From Octopus sinensis (taxonomy: Eukaryota), in assembly GCF_006345805.1 (NCBI RefSeq), contig NW_021836304.1:1-64000 (forward strand): DNA of 64,000 nt, written 5' to 3'. The notes below the pieces were generated by a model. The model ran no database searches. It saw only the letters and a list, made by a program, of their open reading frames with translations, and was not told the DNA's origin. How positions within the stretch are numbered: position 1 is the stretch's first letter; each line of letters starts with the position of its first letter. Made by a program: the position numbers and the translations under genes. This document shows positions 52,917 through 64,000 of the stretch, piece after piece.

Positions 52917-53032
52917 AGACCTGATGAGTGAGTATATTTTTAAATAGAATTAATTTTAGATCGATTTAATTTTATCATTATTATCATTATTATTATCTAT
53001 TTGAAAATATAGCCACGAAACGCGCGTAGTCT
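52917..53032 (+). ncRNA. Type I hammerhead ribozyme motif, intact core, long stem II (Penelope-associated type)
   Basis: Stem I AGAC/GTCT; core CTGATGA; stem II GTG/CAC extended by ATATTTTTAAATAGA/TCTATTTGAAAATAT; GAA; stem III AC-GCGC-GT; GUA cleavage triplet at 53026-53028. Confidence 0.8.
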
Positions 53033-53181
53033 TTTTACTACTATTTACTATTTATTGTTTTTGTACTTTATTGATTTTTAGAATAAGGTTTTTATAGTAT
53101 ACGTTTTCTATATGGTTTGAATAACGTCTTTCATTATTGAATTGTTTAATAGAGATTTTTCTCTAAATATATATATATATA

Positions 53182-53733
53182 TATACTAATATATAATTAT
53201 TTAATATAATTATATTAACGGCTGCGGATAAACTCCACCATCACGCTATAAATAGACGCCAAATGACTCTAAAGTCCACAATTATATATTAGTATAAATT
53301 GTTACTTGTATGGTTTTATTACACGCTGACCACTTGATAAAATAGTTAAAATGATTTTATCCTTAATTTTGTATAAATGCATATTTTTACTCCTGATCAA
53401 ATTACATTCGCTGTGATATTGTTTTGGTTGTAGAAAAACGTGGCTGAGATGAAAGAATTAGATTTAACTAGTGTATACATATAAATGTATATATATAATC
53501 GTGCGGATATATGTTGTTCGTATGGATATGTATAAATATTTGCATTTATATACTATGGCATATTTAACTGATGGTCTTTAGAACCATTTGGCGTCTATTT
53601 CTAGCGTGTTAGAGAGGTTTATCCGCACCTTTTTATATAATTATATTAAATAATTATATATTAGTATAAACTGTTACCTGTATGATTTTATTACGGGCCG
53701 GCCACTTTATAAAATAAAACGGTTTTATCCTTA

Positions 53734-53740
<7 letters not shown>
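53182..53740. repeat. Combined inverted and direct repeat array
   Basis: ~95-bp diverged inverted repeat 53182-53277 / 53573-53668; ~90-bp direct repeat 53280-53372 / 53652-53740. Confidence 0.8.
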
Positions 53741-53813
<73 letters not shown>

Positions 53814-54097
53814 GTGTGTGTGTAGAATGTTGAAAAGGAACACACGAGTTGATATGTATAAGGAAAAACGTCAAGGTTGAAAATGCTAAAATAATTTTAT
53901 ATATTTCCAGTTTCAGTCATTCAGACTTTTTCAACTCTAAGCATGGAAAACAATTAAATTTTGGAAAAACTAAATGAGAAGTTTTTTAAAAGAATATTTG
54001 CATGGTATTCAAGTACAAGGGGCATTTTCCTTGTTTTTGCCTGTCTCTGTATCTCTTGTTTACTCTTTTGGGCTCGAGGTCGTTGTGAATTCTCGGC

Positions 54098-54709
54098 AGA
54101 GAAGAAGAAGAAGAAGAAGAAGAAGAAGAAGAAGAAGAAGAGAAGAGAAGAAGAAGAAGAGAAGAAGAAGAAGAGGAGGGGAGGAGGGGGAGGAGGGGAG
54201 GAGGGGGGGAGGGGGGGAAGAAAAAGAAGGGGGGAGGGGAGAGAGGAGGGGAGAGGAGGAGGGAGGAGGAGGAGGAGGAGGAGTGGAAGGGGAAGGGGAG
54301 GAGGAGGAGAAGAAGGAGGGGAGGGGGAGGAGAAGGAGAAGAAAAGAAGAAGAAGGAGGAGGAGAGGAGGAGGAGGAGGAGAAGAAGAAGAAGAAGAAGA
54401 AGAAGAACAAGAAGAAGAAGAAAAAGAAGGAGGAGGAGGAGGAGGAGGGGAGGAGGAGGAGGAGGGTGGGGAGGGGGAGAGAAGAAAAAGAAGGTGGGGA
54501 GGGGAGGGAGGATGGGGAGGAGGAGGAGGAGGAGAGGAGTGGAGGGGAAAGTGGAAGGGGAAGGAGGAGGAGTGGGAGGAAGGAGAGAAGAAGGCGGAGA
54601 GGAAGGGGAGGAGGAAGGAGAAGAGAGAAGAAGAAGAAGGAGGAGGAGGAGGAGGAGGAGGAGAAGAAGAAGAAGAAGAAGAAGAAGAAGAAGAAGAAGA
54701 AGAAGAAGA
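54098..54709. repeat. ~610-bp essentially pure purine tract (GAA/GGA)n
   Basis: Directly visible; almost no pyrimidines on the plus strand. Confidence 0.95.
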
Positions 54710-55511
54710 CTTGGCAGATTTCCATCGTGAAGCACAGGTCTCATTGCAGGATCCAAATTGGATTACATAATTTTGTGTTTTTATTTTTCATAGAAAATCC
54801 TGCGATATTTACTTTGCAAAACTAACAGTCGTTACAATAGAGGTTCGGTTCCCTCCATATCATTGAAATGGCAAAGGGCATGGACTTCTTATTATTATTG
54901 AACCAGTCATGTAAGCCATTTGAGCAAGTTGAGCAGATATAATGTGGTGCCCATAACTTGTCCCGACCTCCAAGAGGACAGTCAAAGTATAGCCAATAAA
55001 TTTTCTTGATCTCTGGTGTTATTGTACGTTTTGAGCTTTCACAATAAATTGTCCATAGACATAACAAGACAATTTTTACACTGTCTTGATATTGTTAACA
55101 CTGCAAAACAAGTAAGGAAATAGTTACAAACGGTTAAACTTATATTAAATTTGAGATAATGAAATATATCAGACCAATTATGACTGGAAATTTGAGTTGT
55201 TGAAATAACTTTTTCATCAAGGCAAAATTTGATTGGTTAATTTAGATGATGGAATATTGCATATGAACTATGCAGTAATGAATAATGTAGTTTATTTTAA
55301 AGGTATGTTTCCATGATGTAAATGAAATACATGCATACACGTCATTAATTGGAATTTCTATATGATGCATAGGTTAAAACCAAAAAAACTTTCTCATCTA
55401 GAAAACTGTACATGATATCAAAAAAACTAATTGTATATTTTAAATCAACATTAAAAACTACGCTAAGTACACCTTGACATATGCTTGATGAAAAATACTT
55501 GTTGACTAGTA
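54710..55511 (-). mobile_element. Second, divergent fragment of the same transposon family (5' terminus plus N-terminal zinc-binding region)
   Basis: DCPLGGRDKLWAPHYICSTC...W...SMPFAISMIWREP..YCNDC and SNLDPAMRPVLHDGNLPS; terminus-like ttgttgactagta|tta at 55511. Confidence 0.75.
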
Positions 55512-55656
55512 TTATCAGTAAGAACACAACCAACATTTTCAGGAAATGCAAAGTAAACCTTATTAAAGTACCGGTGGCTAATTATCAAGAAAACAATCTG
55601 GATTGTTGCAAATTGGGGTGTCAACATTTTCGGAAGGTGTGACCTAAGAAACTCAC

Positions 55657-55938
55657 CAACAACTGTCAGATTTCCGGAACTTGATGCTGTCCCTAATGGG
55701 TTGGTTGCAGCGCATGTATAGATACCAGCATCATCGTCTTGAATATTGTGTAATATCAGATTGCCGTTGGGAAGTATAGTAACCTTGTTTTCAATGTCTG
55801 TAATCTCTTGGCCGTTCTTTGTCCAGGTAAAGTTTGGATACGGTGCAGCTTCCGGTCGGCACATAATAGTCGTATTTGTTCCACGGCACACAGTCTGAAT
55901 GGGAGTGACCGGGTTCTTGAAGAAAGTTGGTTTAAATT
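55657..55938 (-). CDS. Cont: Contactin-like exon (Ig5)
   Basis: tttgtatag acceptor, G|gtgagt donor; phase 1/1; EFKPTFFKNP...MCRPEAAPYPNFTWTKNG...LPNGNLILHNIQDDDAGIYTCAATNPLGTASSSGNLTVV. Confidence 0.95.
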
Positions 55939-56772
55939 CTATACAAATAGAAACAAATATACATGAATACATATGTATATGCACACACCCATATATACAT
56001 GTATACACACACACACACACACACATGCATATACGTATACTGGTTTCAAATTTAGTCCCAAGGCCAGCAATTTAAGGAAGGGGTGAGTCAATTACATTGA
56101 CCCCAGTGCTCAGCTAGTACTTATCTTTTTGAACCTGAAAGGATAAAAGGAGAAGTCGATCAAGGCAAAATTTGAACTTAGAATGTAAGTACGAAAGAAT
56201 GTAAGAACGTACGAAATGCCGCTAAGCATTTTACCTCGTGTGCTAACGATTCTACCAGCTCTCCTTTATACACACACACTCACACACACACACACACGCG
56301 CGCGCGCGCATGCACACACACACTCATTCACACACACACACGCACGCACACACTCCTCACATACACACTAACTCACACACACTCACACACACACACCCCA
56401 TACACATATGTATTAATTATTTGATGGCAAGGGAACAAGGTTTATGTAATCAACTTCATTATAATGGCTCCGGGGAAGCCATAAGATGTTGCACACAGTT
56501 CTGAGTGCACTGCTTCTTATAGCAGAAACAGCCATAAGCTAATGAAGTCGACTATGAAATTTGTGAATATTCCTTGACCCGAATATTCATTTTCCATTTC
56601 ATATAACACTGCAAAAGAAAGATCAGACAAAAGATTTACAAGTAGTGGTTGATGTGATCGATTGACAGATCTTGAACACGGTACTCCAGCTTGGCTGCAG
56701 TGCAATGAATAAAACCTGTAAAGGAATAGCATAACACAGGAATATTGTGTCAGAAAAAACTTCAGTACATAC

Positions 56773-57042
56773 CAACAACCCGAAGCTGTGCTGCAGTGTA
56801 GCTGCTTCCGTGCTTATTGGTAGCTACACACTGGTATATGCCGTTATGGAGTTTCGCTGATAAATTTGTTATCTTCAGTGTATTGCCGTTTATTTCTACG
56901 CCGTTGCCATTCGTCAATAGTTTCGAATTCTTGTACCAGGTAAAGTGTGCTTTAGGTATGGCTATCACCATACATCGCCACGTTACATTACTTCCTTTGT
57001 CTATGAGTCGACTTTTCAGTGGATAGACTGTCGTAGGTTTAG
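56773..57042 (-). CDS. Cont: Contactin-like exon (Ig4)
   Basis: ttcattcgctccag acceptor, G|gtatgt donor; phase 1/1; AKPTTVYPLKSRLIDKGSNVTWRCMVIAIPKAHFTWYKN...NGIYQCVATNKHGSSYTAAQLRVV. Confidence 0.95.
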
Positions 57043-57227
57043 CTGGAGCGAATGAAAGAGAGAGAGAGAGAGAGAGAGATTGACAGCGATATACATATAT
57101 ATATATATATAATTGCGTGCGTGAGTGTGTATGTATGTATGTATATTATATATATATATATATATATAATATATATATATATATAATATATATATATACA
57201 TATATATATATATATTTGTATATATAC

Positions 57228-57258
<31 letters not shown>

Positions 57259-58907
57259 TGTATATATACGTTTACATATGTATATATACGGATACACACA
57301 CATACATCTACATATATGTATGTATCCATGCATGTATGTATGTATGTAGATAGACAGACGGACAGATAAACAGCTACAAACAGATACAGATAGAGGGAGG
57401 CAGTATTAACACCGAGCAGTAATGTTTATCCCCACTTAAACATGGATGTACTATTAGAACAAACTATACTGCGGTAGATACCATGAGAGAAACCCTCATA
57501 TTGGCTTTTGTTGCAAAATGCACTCTTGTTTATATCACAAGCAAGGAGATAAAACCCTGCCATCCCCAGCGCTGAGACCACCAGATCACATGATTTCAAT
57601 TTTCCTTGGTCTTGTCAATGGTGGACGCTCGACCACTTTAGATAGCAGCGATTCATATCCTCGCCAGTGATATATAGAAAAACGGTGTCAGAATAGGTAC
57701 CGGTGTCACGATAAGCCAGTGAGCTTATTTAAAATATATATATTAACAACAGAGGCAGTATTAATACCTCTGTTGCTGATATACAATACGCTGAGTATTA
57801 TCAAGAGAGAAAAAAGCCATAACAGCTACAGTAACAACTATTATAATATCTTAAATGACAATAACAGCGAAATAATGAATAAAAGAACAACATCAACACA
57901 ACAACAACAACAAGACACCTGACTTTCACATCCAAGTCCAAAGGACGTAATAATTTGAGACGCCATATTATTTCAGTGAAATTATTTCATTAAAATCACA
58001 ACCACGTCAATTGAACGAATAAATTCGAAGAAAAGTCTTTTAGAAGGCATTTCACTTTAACCTCCTCAACAGCATTGTGGAATGAATATTTTATTTTGGC
58101 ATTGAACAAAAATACTATTATTGCATGCTGCCAACGTGATAGGATTCAATAAATCTTAATCATATAAAGATATTGTTAAGTAAATTTACGGATGGCAGCC
58201 GACAGGTAGAAAATGTGGTGTGAGGGAGATGCAGCAGTGATCTTGTATGGAATGATGATTTGAAGGACAAAGTTGCATCTTTAACAAATGTTCTGGATCG
58301 GCCAATACAGGGATAATTTGCCGGGATCTAGTAGCACGAGTTGCTGAAGCTATCACATCAAACAGTCGGCTCTAAACTGCCTATGAAAAGTTAGTGACTA
58401 ATGTTATAACCGATTTGACAACAGTTTAAACTACGTAACAACATTTACATAATCACTGAATCTCTAAGAAATGGCAGCCAAATCTCCCTGAAATCATATG
58501 TTACGGCATAAGAGGAGTAATCCCTTGGTGAACCGAGTTAGTGAACCAGAAACGAACTTGGGCGTATCTATCATCGAGAGTTACTCAACTAACGTACACG
58601 TAGAAAGGCTTAAATCTCACAGTTTCTCTTTCCTTTCAACAGGGTTGGTCATTCTTGGATGGATTTCTCTGTCCCAAAATGTCAAGCAGTTGGTATGACT
58701 GACTTTAAATGTATGTTAAGATGAATTTAATGTTTTTTTTCAGTTAACACTATCAGATTTAATACAACTATAAAGAAATGCCTGTTGTTATTTCTTTTAA
58801 TTAACGTTAATTAGCCCGTGTATCTAAGGAGTCGTAACCTCGAACCGAGGGGGCTAATAGTTCGTATCCTATCGTACTATTCGCACAATCCGCAGCTGCT
58901 GCTGCTG

Positions 58908-58966
<59 letters not shown>

Positions 58967-58979
58967 TCTTCTTCTTCTT

Positions 58980-59010
<31 letters not shown>

Positions 59011-59657
59011 TACTACTATTACTACTACTACTACTACTACTACCACTACTACTCTCACACATACAGATACACACACACACCACTCTCCACTACCACCACC
59101 TTAAGCACATGCGGCTTTTACTCACAAGCCCACGACTGCTACCAATACTACACATCGCCACCCCCACCCACTATTTACCACTATCTACCACTACCACTAC
59201 CTTCAACAACAGCAACACCACTACAACCACCAACACCACCACTACCACCGAAACCACCACCACAAACCGCCACGCAACCGCTTCCACCACTACCACCACA
59301 TCTACCATAACATTCACCACCATCAACACCATCACCCCCACTACATAACAACAACAACCACAACCACCATAACCATCATCATTACCGCAAACATTACAGT
59401 CACCACAACTGACACCAACACTATTACCTCCACACCATGCATTATTCTACTACTACAACCACCAAGACTACAAATACAACTACCCTTCCACAACTACTAC
59501 AACGTCTACCGTCACCATTACAAACGTCATTACTACCACCATCACCACAACCAACGCTATCACCATAACCACCGTCGCTACCACTACCACCACTACAATC
59601 ACCATCACTATTGCCACCACCACCACTACCACCACCACTGAACAACAGCAACAATAA

Positions 59658-60030
59658 GTGGAGGTGCAATGGCCCAGTGGTTAGGGCAGCGGACTAGCGG
59701 TCGGAGGATCGCGGTTTCGATTCCCAAACCGGGCATTGTGTGTGTTTATTGAGCGAAAACACCTGAAGCTCCACGAGGCTCCGGCAGGGGGTGGTGGCAA
59801 CCCCTGTTGTACTCTTTGGCTCCAACTTTCTCTCACTCTTTCTTCCTGTTTCTTGTCCCCGACTTCCTACGCAGCCGCTGAGCCTGGATGCGCAATCATC
59901 CATCCGTCGATGCTCTCGGTGTCGGGGGTTGACCTGCTTTCTCTTCTGCGGGTCTTACGAATAGCAAAGGACCACGTTTTGGACTTCTCCCACTAGGGAC
60001 GAAGACCGCTTCGCTCAACAAACAAACAAA
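59658..60030 (+). mobile_element. tRNA-derived SINE, family D-related
   Basis: A box ggcccagtgg, B box ggtttcgattccc, (AAAC)n tail. Confidence 0.75.
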
Positions 60031-60081
60031 CAGCAACAACAACGACGCTGACACAAGGCCACCAAACAATATACAACTAAC

Positions 60082-60269
60082 CTTCTATCTTCAGGTAAGC
60101 AGATTTTCTCGTAGACATCCACGTGTATCCACTTCTCACGTGACACGTATAGATACCACTATCACCAAGCTTCACATCTGATATACGAAGTTCTCTGTTG
60201 TTGCTATAGAAAGTAGTTCGGTCAGGCATACCTTTGTTCTCCCGGGTCCAGTGATATTTGAGGGGTTCG
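60082..60269 (-). CDS. Cont: Contactin-like exon (C-terminal part of Ig3)
   Basis: tcttttatag acceptor, G|gttagt donor; phase 2/1; EPLKYHWTRENKGMPDRTTFYSNNRELRISDVKLGDSGIYTCHVRSGYTWMSTRKSAYLKIE. Confidence 0.94.
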
Positions 60270-61034
60270 CTATAAAAGATAGCAGACCCATTATGTTAGA
60301 ACTATAACTGCAGTTATAGTGGTTATATATAAGACAATGTATGTGTGTGTGTATGCGTTTATGTATGTACGTATGCATGTATATATATATATATATATAT
60401 ATGTATGGGTGTATGATGAGCGTATATAAGTGTGTATATTTATGTATTTACGTAGAGCATATGTATGTATTCATATAGGAATGTATGTATGCATGCATGT
60501 ATGTATGTATGTATGTTTGTATGAGTGAATGTATGCACACCAATACGTATGTGTGTATCCATACATATATGAATGTGTATGTGTGCATATGTATATGTCT
60601 ATGTATGCAAGACTCTACAGAGGCTCTTCAAAATATTCTATCAACACCGACCAAAGAAACGGCAAGCCGCCGAAACATCCAAATGTCGTGAAAGGTTTAC
60701 GTGAGATGAATATACATATATTTTCTTCATAACGTATAATTATTCTTTATAAAGTTTTTCGTAGTATTTTTTACAATAATCTTTATAATTCTTTATAATT
60801 ATTCTTTACGATGTACATAATTCGGGAACCATAAGATAAATGTAGAGCCTCTAAGTGGTCGCTTGACCAGCTAGAAAAAAGCAATTAAGTTCCCTTAAAA
60901 TGCGACTAGGTCTGTTTAATCAGTCCCGTTACTGGGAATACCTATCAGCAGCCCCTTCTACCATTAACACCACCACCAGCACAACTTCAATCGATAAATT
61001 GTATATTACATATCCTATGTCTTCCTTCTCATAC

Positions 61035-61140
61035 CTTCCAAACGCCATACATTCCATAGAAATGGTTTCGCCTAGCAGAACCGATGTGGGGAAGATAGCA
61101 ATGAAGTCATTGTGAATGACCGGATTTCTCATGGCAGCAG
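61035..61140 (-). CDS. Cont: Contactin-like exon (N-terminal part of Ig3)
   Basis: tcttgtttgtag acceptor, AG|gtatga donor; phase 1/2; AAAMRNPVIHNDFIAIFPTSVLLGETISMECMAFG, resembling the contactin Ig3 start (IFP...G..V.LEC.AFG). Confidence 0.93.
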
Positions 61141-61199
61141 CTACAAACAAGAAGAGGATATCAAGTAAGACTTCAACAAGAGAGATCCACCAGCAAGTC

Positions 61200-62800
61200 A
61201 AGTCAGCTTAATTTAACGTATCTAACGCAATGACAATTAAAAATTTAATTAGGAATAATTATTCGCCGAGGAAAAACATTTAGATTAATCACTAATTATA
61301 TTTTCAAATCATTTAATGCAATGACAATTAAAATTTAATTATAAATAACTATGGGAGTGAAGAAAAGACATTAGATGAATCATTAATATTTCATAATCAT
61401 TCAATGCAATGGTAATTAAATATGTAATTATAAATAAGTATGCGGTGAAGAAAAGACAACATTAGATAAATCATTGCAATGAATTAGAAATAATTATTGC
61501 AGTGTTATTAGAAATAATTATATGGCAAAGAAAAAAACTTAATTACTTATGATACATTCTTTTTTTTTTTGCATTTATTTTACAAGATTCTTGATATGAA
61601 CTCATGTTTTGAAACATGTTTTGTTGTATCACAGGACGGTCATTATGCCAATAATAAACACATGCACTAGTTCTATTTCATTTCTATATTATCTGTTAAG
61701 CTGTCGATTGGTTGGCTATTTAACCAATTAACTAATAAATTGTTTGCTTAATCGTTCGATCGGCCAATCAGTCAGATGTGTCAATGACCTTTCATCGTTG
61801 GCGACGTCATCAATGATATTCCCTCTCTCGTCTAGGTCCACTTCAAGTCTGTGTAAAAGTAAGATGATAGAATCAATGTGTGTGTTTATTATTGGCAAAA
61901 TGAGATACATCATAGCAATATGATATAATCATATGAGGCAATGACAATTATAAATTTAATAAGAAATAAATAAGTGATAAGGAAAAGACACTATTAACTC
62001 TACTCGTTTATTCTTTTATTTGTTTCAGTCATTAGACTACGGCCAAGTTGGGGCACTGCCTTGAAATATTTAGCACATCAAATTGATCCAGGTACTTATT
62101 TTTTAATATAGTACTTATACTGTCGATTTCTACCGTATATATGTATGTATATAGTGAAGGCGTATGGCTCAGTGGTTAGAGCATCGAGTTTACGGTCATG
62201 AGGTTGTGAGTTCGAATCCCGGACCGGGCTGCGTGTTGTGTTCTTGAGCAAGACACTTTATTTCACTCAGCTGTAGAAGTGAATTGCGACGTCACAGGTG
62301 CCAAGCTGTATCGGCCTTTGCCTTTCGCTTGGATGACATCGGTGGTGTGGAGAAGGAAGGCTGGTATGCATGGGCGACTGCTGGTCTTCCATAAACAACC
62401 TTGCCCAGATTTGTGTCTTGGAGGGTAACTTTCTAGGTGTAATACCATGGTCATTCGTGGTGCATAGACAAGCATATATACACATATATCTATACGTACA
62501 CATGTGTATGTGCGTAGGCACACGTATGTATGTATATATGTATAACAGGCTTCTTTCAGTTTCCGTCTACTAAATCTACAAAGTATTGGTCAGTCCAAAC
62601 CTATAGTAGAGGATACTTGTGCATGATGCCGCGCAGAGAGACTGAACCCGAAATCACGTAGTTACAAAGCGAACTTCTCAACCACACTGCTTATGCAATA
62701 ATAATATCTTATAATCATATAATGCAATGAGAATTAAAAATGTTATTAGAAATAACTGTGTAGGGAAGAAAAAACAATATTAAATCAATTACTAATATTT
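61200..62800. repeat. Degenerate ~90-100-bp AT-rich repeat (aatgcaatgacaattaaaatttaatta...gaagaaaa...cattagat..atcatt)
   Basis: Three to four tandem units at 61220-61520 plus dispersed units at ~61915 and ~62715. Confidence 0.7.
62154..62465 (+). mobile_element. tRNA-derived SINE (family A head, different 3' half)
   Basis: ggctcagtggttagagc..gagttcgaatccc; 3' part recurs inverted at ~39050-39125. Confidence 0.75.
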
Positions 62801-63292
62801 TATTATTTTTTCATTGAGTAGGGGAGACAACTCTGGATACGTCTCAACCTTATTAGTCCTTCTCGGGAAGCCATGGACACTATAGTACTTGCCGATTAAA
62901 ACAAAAAACTCACTTAAGTAGATATGTAACAATGAACACGAATAGGCATGGTATATTAGAATATCTGAAGAATATCATATATAGAATACCATAACTCTGC
63001 TCCCGTAAGCAAAAACAAACTTAACAATAACCGTATTTAGCTGCTGGCTTCGTTAATATACAACTATTGGTCAAAGAAGACGTTTAGTTTGCTGGATCAG
63101 TTGGTCGGCGACTAAACCCTGCAAGGTGGTGCTCTTGCACAGCTACAGTCCAATGACTGAGATAAGTAAGGGAATACCACAACACGATATTACATGTTGG
63201 TGATACCACGACATCGGGATATCACAATAACAGGATATGTATCACAATACCACGATATCGTAATATCGCGTTAACACGATAGCATAATATCA

Positions 63293-63556
63293 GGATCTTT
63301 TCGCTTTGACCGCCAGAAAATGTTGTTGACAAAATACGGCAGAAATTGTATTCACCTCAATAGACGTCATTGATTGGTTGACATTGCCGAAATGCAAGAA
63401 ACTAATCAACACATAGCTTACAAACTACAGAATTTCCTCAAGAAAGCCAAGAGAAAAAGATCTTTTATATAACACACTACCGGTATACGAAGTTTAAAAG
63501 TGTTTAGTTACAAAGAAATTATTTTTAAAAATCTGCCTGTCAAAGTGAAAATATCC
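63293..63556. mobile_element. Related shorter hAT-type MITE
   Basis: TIR ggatcttttcgctttgac / gtcaaagtgaaaatatcc; perfect 8-bp TSD TAATATCA; interior homologous to the right half of 15240-15669. Confidence 0.85.
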
Positions 63557-63644
63557 TAATATCACAACTGAGCTCTCATAGTCTGAAACGCTTCAATAAA
63601 TTATATTTGGAGAAAAAAAAAAGACAAATAACAAAACCACTTAC

Positions 63645-63878
63645 CATTGTCTTTGACAACAACAGGAGTCGGCATACTGACCATAACCGCCCCACTGTCA
63701 GAACTCAGTCTTGAATGGAGGTCGGGTGCAAGGCTAGCCAGACAGTAATACAAACCGGTATCGGCAGAAGTTAGCTCGGAGAAATAAAGTTTCCCGTTTC
63801 TGGACAGGAAAATGTTTGGAAATCTCTTGGACGAGACGAAGTTCCACGGTTCGTCTTTATACCATCTGTAAACTACTT
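63645..63878 (-). CDS. Cont: Contactin-like exon (C-terminal half of Ig2)
   Basis: tttgatttgcag acceptor, G|gtaagt donor; phase 1/1; VVYRWYKDEPWNFVSSKRFPNIFLSRNGKLYFSELTSADTGLYYCLAS...VVKDN (Ig WYK and DxGxYxC motifs). Not in ORF track; translated by hand. Confidence 0.92.
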
Positions 63879-64000
63879 CTGCAAATCAAAGTAAAATATT
63901 TTGGTTTGTATATATTCTATATACATACACATCCACCCAGTACTTATACTCAGAGGAAACAAAAATATAGCGTGTTTATAATTTAGATAGCTTATGTAGA

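Noticed and set aside
63865-63867. Downstream alternative acceptor (tttacag|ATGG) for the Ig2 exon
   Set aside because: The upstream acceptor at 63879 has the better pyrimidine tract and restores the expected V.Y.WYK strand

Overview
Eukaryotic, extremely microsatellite- and SINE-rich genomic DNA; the repeat families look octopus/coleoid-like (inference). Most ORFs in the track are translated microsatellites. The main feature is a minus-strand contactin-type neural adhesion gene. I could splice 16 exons between 63878 and 19845 with GT-AG borders and continuous reading frame, encoding about 870 aa: end of Ig2, Ig3-Ig6 and four FN3 domains. A tentative terminal exon with a hydrophobic GPI-like tail lies at 8199-8353, and the 5' part of the gene is beyond the window. 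Two small plus-strand exons (93-118 and 2300-2318) suggest the 3' end of a convergent gene. The introns carry decayed Chapaev-3-like DNA transposons, Penelope-like RT/GIY-YIG fragments, a Helitron derivative, R4/Dong-type LINE tails, hAT and TA-target MITEs and several tRNA-derived SINEs. The most notable unannotated signal is a set of at least three type I hammerhead-ribozyme-like motif families with short palindromic stem III, the Penelope-associated dimer-cleaving type. One copy has an intact core and a very long stem II (52917-53032). A four-copy family has U instead of the canonical A at core position 6. A third, degenerate family includes an inverted pair (40015-40087).
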